This document shows, in pieces, positions 1-9,856 of a stretch of 64,000 nucleotides of DNA; positions within the stretch are counted from its first letter, which is position 1, and each line of letters starts with the position of its first letter. Source of the stretch: Dehalococcoidia bacterium. GTDB lineage: Bacteria; Chloroflexota; Dehalococcoidia; Bin125. The translations under genes and the position numbers were made by a program. Below the pieces are notes generated by a model, which ran no database searches, was not told the origin of the DNA, and was given only the letters and a program-made list of their open reading frames with translations. The DNA lies in NCBI GenBank assembly GCA_963555985.3, contig OY820591.1:1472001-1536000 (forward strand), in the 5' to 3' direction.

Positions 1-1
1 T

Positions 2-310
2 GTGCGCCGCATCTTCGGGCCGGAGATCGAGACTCGCTTCCGCTGCGACTACTTTCCCTTCGTGGAACCCGGGGCGGAGCTTGGGATTCGCTGGCAGGGC
101 GATTGGTTGGAGGTCTTGGGCTGCGGAATGGTGCATCCGGAGATCATCGAAGATGCGGGGCTGGATCCGGAGCGCTACACAGGCTTTGCATTCGGGATCG
201 GCGTGGAGCGGGTGGCGATGCTCCGCTACGGGGTGACGGACATTCGGCATTTCTACGCGAATGATGTTCGATTTCTGCGTCAGTTCGAGGGACGGAGCGG
301 CGCAGCGTGA
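2..310 (+). CDS. pheS: Phenylalanine-tRNA ligase alpha subunit, C-terminal part (5'-truncated by window)
   Basis: Motifs [29 protein letters not shown] and [16 protein letters not shown]; directly upstream of pheT. Confidence 0.97.
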   Translation: MRRIFGPEIETRFRCDYFPFVEPGAELGIRWQGDWLEVLGCGMVHPEIIEDAGLDPERYTGFAFGIGVERVAMLRYGVTDIRHFYANDVRFLRQFEGRSGAA

Positions 311-360
311 GGAACTTGTGCGACTGCTCGATCGACTGAGAACACACTGAGGATCTGGCG

Positions 361-2772
361 ATGCTGGTACCGCTGCGCTGGTTGTCGGAGTATGTGGATT
401 GGGAATTGAGCGCAGCCGAGCTCGCGCATCGGCTGAGCATGGCCGGGGCGGAAGTGGAGCGGATCGAGCAGACAGGCGCGCGCTGGAAACAGGTGGTAGT
501 AGGTCGAGTCGCGGAGGTCAGTCAGCATCCTGCTGCGGATCGGCTGCGGTTGGCGACCGTTGACTACGGTTCGGAAGAGCCGATGACGGTGGTCTGCGGC
601 GCTCCGAATCTGGCTGCGGGGCAGACGATTGCGTTCGCGCAGGTGGGGGCGGAACTGATCGACCCGCAGACGCGGGCGCCGCGGCGGTTGAAGCGCGCGA
701 AGGTTCGAGGGGTGGAATCGCGGGGGATGGTCTGCTCGGAGCGCGAGCTCGGGCTCTCGGATGAGCATGAAGGCATCCTGGTGCTCGAGACGGACGCGGC
801 GTTGGGCACGCCTCTGGCGGACGTGCTTGGGGAAACGATCTTCGACATCAAACCGACCCCCAATCGCTCCGATCACTTTTCGATCCTGGGCATCGCGCGT
901 GAAGTGGCGGCGTTGGTCGGCGGATCGGTTCGTGAGCCGGAGCTTGGCTATGAGGAATCGACGACGACGGCGGAAGCTCGCACGAGCGTGGCGATTGAAG
1001 ACGCGAGAGGATGTCCGCGTTATACGGCGATCGTGATTGAGGATGTGCAAGTGGGACCGTCGCCGGAGTGGATGCAGCAGGCGCTGAGCGCGGCCGGGAT
1101 GCGTCCGATCAACAATGTCGTTGACGTAACGAACTACGTGCTGCTGGAGTGGGGCCAGCCGCTGCACGCTTTCGATTACGAGCGGCTGCACGAGCATCGG
1201 ATCGTGGTGCGCCAGGCGCGGGAGGGCGAGTCGATCGAGCTGTTGGACGGATCGGAGCTTGGTTTGGAGACTGATGATCTGGTGATCGCCGACGCCGACC
1301 GCGCCGTCGCACTGGCCGGGATTATGGGTGGGGCCGACGCTGAGGTATCGGAGTCGACGACGACGGTGCTGTTGGAGACGGCGACGTTTGAGGCGGGCAC
1401 GATTCGGAGAAGCGCTGCACGACATAAGTTGCGCACGGAAGCGAGCTTGCGATTCGAGAAGATGCTGAATCCGGAGCTGGCGGAGCTCGCGGCGCGTCGC
1501 GCCGCCAAATTGATTGTGGAGACCTCGGGCGGTTCGGCTTGCGCAGGGATCGTGGATGCGTATCCGGGCAAGACGCATCCGGGTCAGGTGGTGGTTTCGC
1601 AGAAGCGAATTGAGCAGATCCTGGCGTCGCAGCCGTCGGTAGAAACGGTGCGCGGGGTGCTGGGAGCGCTGGGCATTCCCAATCGGTGGATTCCGCCGGA
1701 TCGGTATGTGGTGAGTTGCCCGCCATGGCGCTCGGACCTCACGATCGCGGATGACGTGGTAGAAGAAATCGGGCGGATCATCGGTTACGACACGTTGCCG
1801 TCGGCGGCAATAGCGGGCAGTGTGCCCGAGCCAGAGCGAGATCCGGAGCGGGAGCTGAGTGAGCAGGTTCGCGATCTCCTGAGCGGGATGGGTTGGCGCG
1901 AGATCATCACGTATGCGGCGGTCTCGGCTGAGGATCTAGCGGTGTCCAACGGCATTGAAGCGAATACGGTGCTCGGATCGATCCGGATGCAGAATCCGAT
2001 GAATTCGGAGCAGGATCGGATCCGTACGAGCCTGCGACCGGGCGGCCTGCGGGCGTTTGCGGCCAATCAGCGCGAGGCGCGCGGGGCACTGGCGCTGTTT
2101 GAGATTGGCAAGGCATTCCAGCCGCGCGCGGGCAAGCTGCCGTATGAAGAGCGGATGTTGGTCGCGCTGCTCGGTGGTGCGATTGAGGGCGGGATCCACG
2201 GCAGTGGTCGTGAGTTGGACTTCTACGACATCAAAGGGGCGCTAGAGCAGCTCGCCGAGGGGTTGGCAGTGGAAATTGAGGTTGAGGCGTTGGCTCAAGG
2301 GGACGCCATTCTCGTGCCCGGGGAGGCGGCGCAGGTCGGTACAAACGGTAAAGCGGTTGGACGGATAGGACGGGTGTCGAGAGCAGTGGCGGCGTACTTT
2401 GATCTGTCCGGTGACGTGTTCCTGCTTGAGCTTTCGCTCTCGGCGCTCGCGGCTCGGCTGCCGGCAGAGCAGGGCGTTGTCTCGCCGTCGCCGTTCCCGG
2501 CGGCGGTAGAGGACTTGGCACTGATCGTTGAGGAACAGACTCCGGCCGGTGCGCTGGCGCGGGCGATTGGACAGCAAGGATTGGTGGAAGCAGTGGAGTT
2601 GTTCGACGTGTACCGGGACGCGCCGATTCCCGAAGGGTGCAAGTCGTTGGCGTTTCGGGTGTTCTACCGTTCGCCGGATCGGACCTTGGGTGAGCGGGAA
2701 GTGGCGCGGGCGCGGCGCGGGATCGTGCGGCGGTTGGAGTCGCAGTTCGGCGCGCAATTGCGCGACTCATAG
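361..2772 (+). CDS. pheT: Phenylalanine-tRNA ligase beta subunit
   Basis: 803 aa; HPAADRL, VCGAPN, RGVESRGMVCSERELG, TPNRSD, RPINNVVDVTNY; C-terminal anticodon-binding domain (KSLAFRVFYRSPDRTL). Confidence 0.98.
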   Translation: MLVPLRWLSEYVDWELSAAELAHRLSMAGAEVERIEQTGARWKQVVVGRVAEVSQHPAADRLRLATVDYGSEEPMTVVCGAPNLAAGQTIAFAQVGAELIDPQTRAPRRLKRAKVRGVESRGMVCSERELGLSDEHEGILVLETDAALGTPLADVLGETIFDIKPTPNRSDHFSILGIAREVAALVGGSVREPELGYEESTTTAEARTSVAIEDARGCPRYTAIVIEDVQVGPSPEWMQQALSAAGMRPINNVVDVTNYVLLEWGQPLHAFDYERLHEHRIVVRQAREGESIELLDGSELGLETDDLVIADADRAVALAGIMGGADAEVSESTTTVLLETATFEAGTIRRSAARHKLRTEASLRFEKMLNPELAELAARRAAKLIVETSGGSACAGIVDAYPGKTHPGQVVVSQKRIEQILASQPSVETVRGVLGALGIPNRWIPPDRYVVSCPPWRSDLTIADDVVEEIGRIIGYDTLPSAAIAGSVPEPERDPERELSEQVRDLLSGMGWREIITYAAVSAEDLAVSNGIEANTVLGSIRMQNPMNSEQDRIRTSLRPGGLRAFAANQREARGALALFEIGKAFQPRAGKLPYEERMLVALLGGAIEGGIHGSGRELDFYDIKGALEQLAEGLAVEIEVEALAQGDAILVPGEAAQVGTNGKAVGRIGRVSRAVAAYFDLSGDVFLLELSLSALAARLPAEQGVVSPSPFPAAVEDLALIVEEQTPAGALARAIGQQGLVEAVELFDVYRDAPIPEGCKSLAFRVFYRSPDRTLGEREVARARRGIVRRLESQFGAQLRDS

Positions 2773-2931
2773 GCTCAGTTGCGTGGTTTCGTTGCGTATG
2801 TAACGCAAGTACTGCTGCGGGTTTCATCGGCGCTGCTGTTCGTGAATTCACGAACTTGGCACTCTCCGGCAGAGAGTGCCAGAATTGGGTAAGCTCGGAT
2901 TTGAAGAGCAATTCTCGAACGAAAGGAGCGC

Positions 2932-3441
2932 GTGATGAGTGGACGATTTGCTAACCCGGTCGGTAGTGCGGAGCGTCTGTCGAACGTGACGCAGCAGCTG
3001 TACGACTCGGGTGATCATCTGGAGCTGGCGACGGCGTTCTACGAGGCGTTGGCACTGCCGCCGGTAGAGCTACGGCGGGCGATGCGCGCGCTCGCCCGGC
3101 GCGAGGGAGGCGCTCAGCGCGATCTGCAGCACAGCCTGACGCTGATGCGGCTGCGGGCGTTGTTGCAGCATGAGTCGGGGGAGGCGCGAGTGCTCGCGCG
3201 AGCTTTCGACGACGCTTTCCTGGATCTGCCGGACGGTTGGCGCGACGCTTCGCGGGAGCTTGAACTGGCGGTGATTATGAACGCGCTGCATGCGCGGGAG
3301 TTCACCGCGCTGACGCGCATCCTGCCCTGGCTTCGCGACGGCTCGACGGGTTCGTGGCTGCTTGAGCATCTGCCGGATGCGGATGTGAGCGAGACGCTCG
3401 CTGATGCGACGGGTCAGCCGACCTTGGCTGTAAGCGGCTAA
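2932..3441 (+). CDS. Hypothetical helical protein
   Basis: 169-aa ORF with AAGGAG Shine-Dalgarno upstream; no recognisable motif. Confidence 0.7.
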   Translation: MMSGRFANPVGSAERLSNVTQQLYDSGDHLELATAFYEALALPPVELRRAMRALARREGGAQRDLQHSLTLMRLRALLQHESGEARVLARAFDDAFLDLPDGWRDASRELELAVIMNALHAREFTALTRILPWLRDGSTGSWLLEHLPDADVSETLADATGQPTLAVSG

Positions 3442-3475
3442 GGCGGCCTAGGCCAGATTCGATTCCAGCGGCAAC

Positions 3476-3516
3476 GATCACAACGCCTGAGCGTGATGCT
3501 CGGGCGTTGTGTGATC
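3476..3516. terminator. Hairpin between convergent genes, probable bidirectional terminator
   Basis: CACAACGCCTGAGC (3479-3492) pairs with GCTCGGGCGTTGTG (3498-3511). Confidence 0.6.
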
Positions 3517-3530
3517 TTGGTGGGAGTTGG

Positions 3531-3881
3531 TCAAGCGGCGTTGGCCTGTTCGACGATGGCGCTGAAGGCCTGGGGATCGTGGAGAGCGAGTTCGGCCAAG
3601 ACTTTGCGATCGATTTCGATTCCGGCGACTTTGAGTTGGTGCATCAGGCGGCTGTAGGTAGTGCCGTTGAGGCGCGCGGCGGCGTTGATGCGCTGGATCC
3701 AGATACGGCGGAGGTCGCCTTTGCGTTCACGGCGATGGGCGTAGGCGTAGCTGAGCGCGTGCAGGCGGGATTCGGAGGCGCGCCGGTAGAGGCGGTGGCG
3801 GACGCCGTGATGCCCCTTGGTCTGCTTGAGGACTTTCTTGTGACGGCGGCGCTCGCGCGGACCACCCTTGACTCGTGGCAT
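3531..3881 (-). CDS. rplT: 50S ribosomal protein L20
   Basis: MPRVKGG..., YAYAHRRERKGDLRRIWIQRINAA, IDRKVLAELA. Confidence 0.98.
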   Translation of the reverse strand: MPRVKGGPRERRRHKKVLKQTKGHHGVRHRLYRRASESRLHALSYAYAHRRERKGDLRRIWIQRINAAARLNGTTYSRLMHQLKVAGIEIDRKVLAELALHDPQAFSAIVEQANAA

Positions 3882-3939
3882 TGTCGAAATCCTGTCGTGG
3901 CGCTGGGTTGAGGGCTCTCGCCGGGGTTTGGCGAAGATG

Positions 3940-4146
3940 CTAAGGCGAGCCGTAGGGGAGCAGACGCTTCACACGCCGCTGGTTGCCCTTGTTCGGGACT
4001 TCGTGCATACGCCCCTGTTCGCGCAGGGTGCGCTTGTTCTTCTTCTGCTTGTTGTGGCCGCGGTAGCCCTTCATCCGCAGGACTTTGCCAGTGCGGGTGA
4101 TGCGAAAGCGTTTGGCCGCGCCCTTGTGGGTTTTCATCTTGGGCAT
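3940..4146 (-). CDS. rpmI: 50S ribosomal protein L35
   Basis: MPKMKTHKGAAKRFRITRTGK...RLLPY; lies between infC and rplT. Confidence 0.97.
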   Translation of the reverse strand: MPKMKTHKGAAKRFRITRTGKVLRMKGYRGHNKQKKNKRTLREQGRMHEVPNKGNQRRVKRLLPYGSP

Positions 4147-4309
4147 TGGAGCCGTTCTCCAGGGGCCGCGCGGCCTTGCCGACGCCGGGCGGCGTGATGG
4201 CTCAGCTTACGCCGCCACAGCCCCTTGATCCAATCACTTGAGGCACAGACGAGCAGCGCAGTCTGAGGCTGCAATGCGGCAAGGATCGGCAAACGGCTCG
4301 GGTGACGGC

Positions 4310-4924
4310 TTACGAAGCCGCAGCCGGGGCCTGTTCTGCTGCTTCAGCTGCCTTTGCGTCGGCCATCGCCTTGGCCTTGGCTTTGTCTTCGACCACGATG
4401 ACTGACATGAAGCGACCTTCAGTCGAGATCGGCTTCTCGATGGCGATGGGCACGCCCTGATCGTTCAAGGTGTCGAGCATCTCGTGGATGCGCTCAACGC
4501 CGATATCGCGGTGGGTGATCTCGCGTCCCCGGAACTGGATCGAGATCTTCACCTTGTCGCCGCCTTGCAGGAGACGGGCGGCGATGCGGCTCTTCGCCTC
4601 GACGTCGTGGCGGCCGGTGTTGGGGCGCATCTTGATCTGGTGAAGCGATGCGTTCTTCTGACGACGGCGGCTCTCTCGCTCACGCTTGGACTGCTCGTAC
4701 TTGAAGCGTCCATAGTCGAGCATCCGGGCGACGGGGGGCCGCGCTGTCGGCGCGACCTCAACGAGGTCGAGCCCTTGGGCGCTAGCCAAGTCCAGCGCCT
4801 GGCGGGTAGGCATGACGCCAAGCTGCTCGCCTTCAGATCCGATCACGCGCACTTCACGCGCGTAGATCATGTCGTTGACGCGCTGTTCTTTGTGGTCTCG
4901 TTGGTCACGGTCTCGAACGGCCAG
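4310..4924 (-). CDS. infC: Translation initiation factor IF-3, probable CTG start
   Basis: EVRVIG, GLDLVEVAPTARPPVARMLDYGRFKYE, GDKVKISIQFRGRE; the frame extends 18 codons upstream of ATG 4870 to a CTG (4924) 6 nt after AAGGAGG and restores the conserved RVND motif. Confidence 0.95.
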   Translation of the reverse strand: MAVRDRDQRDHKEQRVNDMIYAREVRVIGSEGEQLGVMPTRQALDLASAQGLDLVEVAPTARPPVARMLDYGRFKYEQSKRERESRRRQKNASLHQIKMRPNTGRHDVEAKSRIAARLLQGGDKVKISIQFRGREITHRDIGVERIHEMLDTLNDQGVPIAIEKPISTEGRFMSVIVVEDKAKAKAMADAKAAEAAEQAPAAAS

Positions 4925-5056
4925 GGCGATCCTCCTTCGCGCAACGGCCGGGCCAGCGGCGGCGCCGACGGTTGATGTGGCAGATAGTACGTCTCTGAGC
5001 AGCGGGTTTCAATGCAACTACGCAATTGCGGCGCATTTGTGATGGATCCGGCTCGC

Positions 5057-5578
5057 CTAGCCGGATTCGGCTTCGGTGTCGATCACCAGCAGCAGGTCGG
5101 CTTGGTCAACGGCGTCACCGGGCGAGACAGCGACGTGATCGATGCGTCCGGCGGCGGGAGAGCGGATTTCGTTGTTCATTTTCATGGCGACGATGACCAG
5201 GAGCGGGTCGCCCTCCGCCACCAGATCGCCGGCTGCGACTAGGACTTCGGTAACCTCGCCGGTCATGGGCGCGGTCAGTCGCACTTCACCCTCGATCGCG
5301 GGGCCGACGGCCCCAAGCGCGCCCGCAGCGCGCTCGATTTCGGTGCGGAAGCGGTCAGGACCGATGAACAGATCAAGCGTCGCGCCGTCGCGCTGGATCG
5401 CCATGGGCGTGGCGACGCCATCGATCCAGAGACGAAAGAGCGTGTTGTCGTCGATTGATTCGAGCTCGAGTGTGTGGGTCTGATCGCCAAGGCGAGCCGT
5501 GAAACGGCCGTCGCTTTCGTCGTCGATTGCGACTTCGCGCAGTTCGCCCTGGACGATTAGCCGGTAGTTCTTCGCCAT
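5057..5578 (-). CDS. Biotin carboxyl carrier (biotin/lipoyl-binding) subunit of an acyl-CoA carboxylase
   Basis: APMTG...GDLV...AMKMNNEIRSP biotinylation motif; overlaps the stop of the biotin carboxylase. Confidence 0.9.
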   Translation of the reverse strand: MAKNYRLIVQGELREVAIDDESDGRFTARLGDQTHTLELESIDDNTLFRLWIDGVATPMAIQRDGATLDLFIGPDRFRTEIERAAGALGAVGPAIEGEVRLTAPMTGEVTEVLVAAGDLVAEGDPLLVIVAMKMNNEIRSPAAGRIDHVAVSPGDAVDQADLLLVIDTEAESG

Positions 5579-7116
5579 CCCTGCTCCACTGGGAATCGGC
5601 GGCCGCGGGCAGACAGGGCCCAGGCGCGGCGGGGCCGGCCTCGCGCTTGCGATGTCTCGGAGCGTTCGCCCTGGGTGTGGAAGAAGAGCGCGGACGCCAG
5701 AATCGCTTCATGCTCGGCGTCCGGGCGGCCGTTGGGGTCAAGAATTTCGTTCTCCTCAACGTAGAGGGTGTGGATGTCGCCGGCGAGGAAGCGCTCGTCG
5801 CTGAGCAGCGCCTCGTGGAAGGGGATGGAGGTGCTGACACCGAGCACGAGGCATTCTCCGAGTGCGCGCCGCATTCGGCGGATGCACTGATCGCGGGTCT
5901 CGCCCCAACTGATCAACTTGCCGATCAGCGAGTCGTAGTGGGGGCTGACCCCGACTCCGCGGGCGAGCATCGAGTCTAGCCGCACGCCGGGTCCGCCGGC
6001 TTCGCGGAACCAAGCGATCGGGCCGACAGACGGAGTGAAGTTGCGATAAGGGTCTTCCGCCGTGATTCGGCACTCCATCGCCCAGCCGCGGATCGGGCGT
6101 TGAGCAGAGGTATATGCGAGCGGGAATCCGCCCGCGATCCGGAGCTGGTCTTCAACCAGATCGACGCCGCGCACGAGTTCCGTTACTGGGTGTTCGACCT
6201 GCAAGCGCGTGTTCATCTCGAGGAAGGCGAAGTCGTGGCCGTCCGGCTTGGTCTCGTCTTTCCAGACGAGGAATTCGACTGTCCCGGTGCTGGTGTAATC
6301 GCAGGCTTGGGCGGCCGCCGTGGCGGCGTCCTCCATGCGCTGGCGCAAGCGCGGCGACATGCCGGGCGCAGGCGCCTCTTCAACCAGTTTCTGGCGGCGG
6401 CGCTGAGCGGAACAGTCGCGCTCGCCGAGCGTGACGACCTTACCTCGCATGTCGGCGACGACCTGGATTTCGATGTGGCGGGCGGGGCGGATCAGCTTCT
6501 CGACGAAGAGCGAGCCGTCTCCGAAGGCGGTGATTGCTTCCTCCTGGGCCTGAGCGACGGCGCGCTCGATTTCGTCGCCGGATTCGACGATGCGAATACC
6601 GCGGCCCCCGCCGCCGGCGGCGGCTTTGATCACGATCGGATAGCCAATCTGATCGGCGGTGGCTCTGGCTTCGCGCAGATCGCTGAGCGGATCGATAGCA
6701 CCCGGGATGATCGGTACACCCGCGCGGTGCATGGTACGGCGCGACTCGATCTTGTCTCCCATCAGCTCGATCGCTTCGGGCGATGGTCCGACGAACGTGA
6801 TCCCGGCGTCGCGGCAGGCGCGGGCGAAGGTTGCGTTCTCGGAGAGGAAGCCGTAGCCGGGATGGATGGCGTTGGCTCCGGTCGCTCTGGCGGCATTGAG
6901 CACGGCGTCGATGGAGAGGTAGCTGTCGGCGGGCGCGTCGCCGCCGATGCGGATCGATTTGTCGGCCATACGGACATGACGTGCATTGCGATCGGCGTCG
7001 GAATAGACGGCGACCGTGCGAATGCCGAGGTCGCGCGCACCGCGAATGAGGCGGACAGCGATTTCGCCGCGATTGGCAATGAGCAGCGTGTCGAAGGGTC
7101 GCTGGTAGTCGCTCAT
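5557..7116 (-). CDS. accC: Biotin carboxylase subunit (acetyl/propionyl-CoA carboxylase type)
   Basis: LIANRGEIA, HPGYGFLSEN, KAAAGGGGRG, ERDCSAQRRRQK, FLEMNTRLQVEHPVTE, YDSLIGK. Confidence 0.93.
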   Translation of the reverse strand: MSDYQRPFDTLLIANRGEIAVRLIRGARDLGIRTVAVYSDADRNARHVRMADKSIRIGGDAPADSYLSIDAVLNAARATGANAIHPGYGFLSENATFARACRDAGITFVGPSPEAIELMGDKIESRRTMHRAGVPIIPGAIDPLSDLREARATADQIGYPIVIKAAAGGGGRGIRIVESGDEIERAVAQAQEEAITAFGDGSLFVEKLIRPARHIEIQVVADMRGKVVTLGERDCSAQRRRQKLVEEAPAPGMSPRLRQRMEDAATAAAQACDYTSTGTVEFLVWKDETKPDGHDFAFLEMNTRLQVEHPVTELVRGVDLVEDQLRIAGGFPLAYTSAQRPIRGWAMECRITAEDPYRNFTPSVGPIAWFREAGGPGVRLDSMLARGVGVSPHYDSLIGKLISWGETRDQCIRRMRRALGECLVLGVSTSIPFHEALLSDERFLAGDIHTLYVEENEILDPNGRPDAEHEAILASALFFHTQGERSETSQARGRPRRAWALSARGRRFPVEQGWRRTTG

Positions 7117-7339
7117 CCGCCGCTCTCTGACTCAGCAGTCCAGGTGGCGCCGCGTCCATGACGCAGCCAACGGATCATACCCGCCGACAGGGTAGGGAGA
7201 TAGGAAGCGACGGTCACTCGCGGCGCAGACACGGCCCTGTTCACGTTCAGTGCGCTCGTAGGTGCGGCGGAAGCTGACAGTGCGTTCGCTTTTACTTCGG
7301 CGGGGTGCGAGGGACGAAAAAAATCTCCCACGGCGGATG

Positions 7340-7590
7340 AGGAAAAAAGAGCGGCGTTCAGGGAGAAATTTTTTCTGGCGGAGCAGATTGCTGATCTCCT
7401 GTGTTGGCTGGGCTCAACGCTGTTCAGGGTGTTTAGGTTTGTTCAGATGCGACCGGAGAGGGGGGAGGCAAACAAGCTCGTTACCCAAACCGCTGTTCTG
7501 TTCAGAGTAGACGGTCTGAGCGTCCGGACGGGTGGACGCCAGCGGTTGGATGTGGCGTGGGCGACAGTGGGCGGTCGAGTTCCAAGTTCG
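7340..7590 (-). repeat. Divergent copy of the 10-bp-phased intergenic element family
   Basis: Minus strand reads TCTGAACAAA CCTAAACACC CTGAACAGCG, then about 40 nt later CGCCAGAAAAAATTTCTCCC; same order of motifs as the copies at 30.0 and 44.0 kb; boundaries approximate. Confidence 0.45.
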
Positions 7591-7602
7591 GAGACTGTGC
7601 CG

Positions 7603-7654
7603 GCCTCCCTCTGTCACTCCGTGGCATCGCCCCCCGCACCGCGGGGGAGGAGGG
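7603..7654 (-). repeat. REP-like palindrome (CCCTCxCCCC-hairpin-GATGxCACGxAGTGACAGAGG family)
   Basis: Reverse complement closely matches 62750-62801; partial copy at 39183-39214. Confidence 0.8.
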
Positions 7655-7682
7655 TGAGCGTATCGACCTTTTCAGCGCCCTA

Positions 7683-9509
7683 CTAAACGGGGAGGTGGGC
7701 TCGGGTGCGGCGCTGTTGACTGAGTTGCTCGCGCAATTCAGGCAGTGGGATTGCGCCGAGGTCCTCGCCGTTGCGGACGCGGACGGCGGCGGCTCGAGCT
7801 TCGACCTCGCGATCGCCGATCACGAGCAGGTAGGGGATTTTTCGCCGCTGTCCGTTGCGAATCTTGGCCTGCATCCGTTCGTTGCCGTCGTCGACATCAA
7901 CGCGCAATCCAGCAGAGCGGAGGTCAGCCGCCAGCTCGTGCGCCCAGGGCGCGTGACGATCGGCGATGGGGATGCAGCGAGCCTGGACGGGCGCGAGCCA
8001 AAGCGGGAACGCGCCGGCGTAGTGCTCGATCAGGATGCCCAGGAAACGTTCGAAGGAGCCGTGGATCGCGCGATGGATCACGACGGGGGTGCGCCGCTCG
8101 CCGTCTTCGGCGACGTAGACACAGCCGAGGCGGGCGGGCTGGATCATGTCGATCTGAATGGTGGAGAGTTGCCATTCTCGGCCCATCACGTCGGAGACGA
8201 AGAGATCGGCTTTGGGACCGTAGAAGGCGGCTTCGCCGAGTTGCTCAACATAATCGATACCGGCGGCGTCAAGCGCGTCTCGCAGGGCGGCGACGGCGCT
8301 GGCCCAAGCTTCGGGATCCTCCACATACTTGCCCGACTCGCCCGGGAGTGAGAGCTCGTAGCGGAAGTTGGGCATGCCGTAGGTGCGGAACAGGGTTTGC
8401 ACCAACTCGAGCACCCTGGCGACCTCGGCGGAGATCTGATCGGGGGTGACGAAGATGTGGCAGTCGTCCTGGGTGAGAGAGCGGACTCGGGTCAGTCCAG
8501 AGAGTTGACCGGATTTTTCGTAGCGGTAGAGGGTCGCGTATTCGGCGTAGCGCAGGGGCAGTTCCCGATACGAGTGCAGCGCCGTGTTGTAGAGCGTCAT
8601 GTGGACGGGGCAGTTCATCGGTTTGAGGAAGTAGCTCGCCTCGTCGCCTGCTCCGGCGTCGCTGTCGCGCATGGCCGGATACATGACATCGGCGTAGTTT
8701 TCGAGGTGACCGGAGCGGCGGAAGAGGTCGCCGCGGGCAAGGTGGCCAGTCCAGACTTCCTTGTATCCGCGTTCGTCCTGAAGTTCGCGGATCAGACGCT
8801 CCATCTCCTGGCGGATGATTGCACCGTCGGGGAGCAGCAGCGGGATGCCGGCGCCGATGTCTTCGGAGAAGGTGAAGAGGTCGAGTTCGCGGCCGAGGCG
8901 CCGGTGATCGCGGCGTTGGGCTTCTTCGATCCGCGCGAAGTGGGCGTCGAGTTCTTCGCGGGTAGCGAAGAGTGCCCCGTAGACGCGCTGCAACTGGGGG
9001 CGGGTCTCGTCGCCGCGCCAGTAGGCGCCGGCCACGTTGGTGAGGCGGAAGGGGCCGATCTGTCTCGTCGATTCGACGTGTCCGCCCCGGCAGAGGTCGG
9101 TGAATTCGGCGTGAGTGCAGAGACCGACGTGATCGGAGTCTTGGCTGAACTGATCGATCAGTTCGAGTTTGTAGGGCTGTTCGGCGAAGCGCTCGCGAGC
9201 TTCACCGACGGGAATTTCGTCCCAGACGAAACGGTGATTGCGGCGCATCTCTTTGCGCATCCGCTTCTGGATCTCCGTGAGATCTTCGGGAGTGAGGGGG
9301 CGGGGGAGGTCGAAGTCGTAGTAGAAACCGGTGTCGATCGGCGGGCCGATCGCGATTTTGCCGTCAGGGAAGAGTTGCAGAACGACTTGAGCGAGCACGT
9401 GCGCAGCGGAATGCCGCATTCGTTGCAGCCACTCGGCCTCGTCCACATCGTCGCGGCCTGTGACGGCGGCGGCCGACGCGAGCGCGTCGTCAGAGAGCTG
9501 GTCTGTCAT
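7683..9509 (-). CDS. thrS: Threonine-tRNA ligase
   Basis: RHSAAHVLA, DLCRGGHV, GAYWRGD, RDHRRLG, LKPMNCP, GLTRVR, AFYGPK, IHRAIHGSFERFLG; ATG 9509 follows AGGA, and the ORF-track start lies inside the tRNA. Confidence 0.98.
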   Translation of the reverse strand: MTDQLSDDALASAAAVTGRDDVDEAEWLQRMRHSAAHVLAQVVLQLFPDGKIAIGPPIDTGFYYDFDLPRPLTPEDLTEIQKRMRKEMRRNHRFVWDEIPVGEARERFAEQPYKLELIDQFSQDSDHVGLCTHAEFTDLCRGGHVESTRQIGPFRLTNVAGAYWRGDETRPQLQRVYGALFATREELDAHFARIEEAQRRDHRRLGRELDLFTFSEDIGAGIPLLLPDGAIIRQEMERLIRELQDERGYKEVWTGHLARGDLFRRSGHLENYADVMYPAMRDSDAGAGDEASYFLKPMNCPVHMTLYNTALHSYRELPLRYAEYATLYRYEKSGQLSGLTRVRSLTQDDCHIFVTPDQISAEVARVLELVQTLFRTYGMPNFRYELSLPGESGKYVEDPEAWASAVAALRDALDAAGIDYVEQLGEAAFYGPKADLFVSDVMGREWQLSTIQIDMIQPARLGCVYVAEDGERRTPVVIHRAIHGSFERFLGILIEHYAGAFPLWLAPVQARCIPIADRHAPWAHELAADLRSAGLRVDVDDGNERMQAKIRNGQRRKIPYLLVIGDREVEARAAAVRVRNGEDLGAIPLPELREQLSQQRRTRAHLPV

Positions 9510-9551
9510 GCCTGATTCCTGGGCGTGGGGGAGCATCTGAGGGGGTTGGCG

Positions 9552-9628
9552 TGGTGGGCGATACTGGATTTGAACCAGTGACCTCTGCGATGTCAACGCA
9601 GCGCTCTAGCCAACTGAGCTAACCGCCC
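9552..9628 (-). tRNA. tRNA-Val(GAC)
   Basis: GGGCGGTTAGCTCAGTTGG...CTGCG-TTGACAT-CGCAG...GGTTCAAATCC...CGCCCACCA; 77-nt cloverleaf with encoded CCA. Confidence 0.97.
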
Positions 9629-9827
9629 GCGACCGGCCGGCGGTCGAACAGCGATATCGACGATAGAACGGCGACATCGGCATGGCTGACCCTTCCCGCC
9701 CGAAATCGTGAGATGAGCGCGCTTCACTCGATCACGCTCCGCCCAACTGGCGGCGCACAGCGGCGATGCGCAAGCTTCAGGCTAACGGATGGGATTGTCG
9801 GTAATGGCCGTTGGGATTGTTAACCCG

Positions 9828-9856
9828 TTGACGCGCCGATGTGCGTTGGGTAGCTT
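9828..9856 (+). promoter_or_regulatory. Sigma70-type promoter
   Basis: TTGACG-17 nt-TAGCTT; preceded by two TGGGATTGT direct repeats (9790-9798, 9812-9820). Confidence 0.55.

Noticed and set aside
9510-9596. N-terminal extension of ThrS in the ORF track
   Set aside because: It overlaps tRNA-Val; ATG 9509 is the plausible start.
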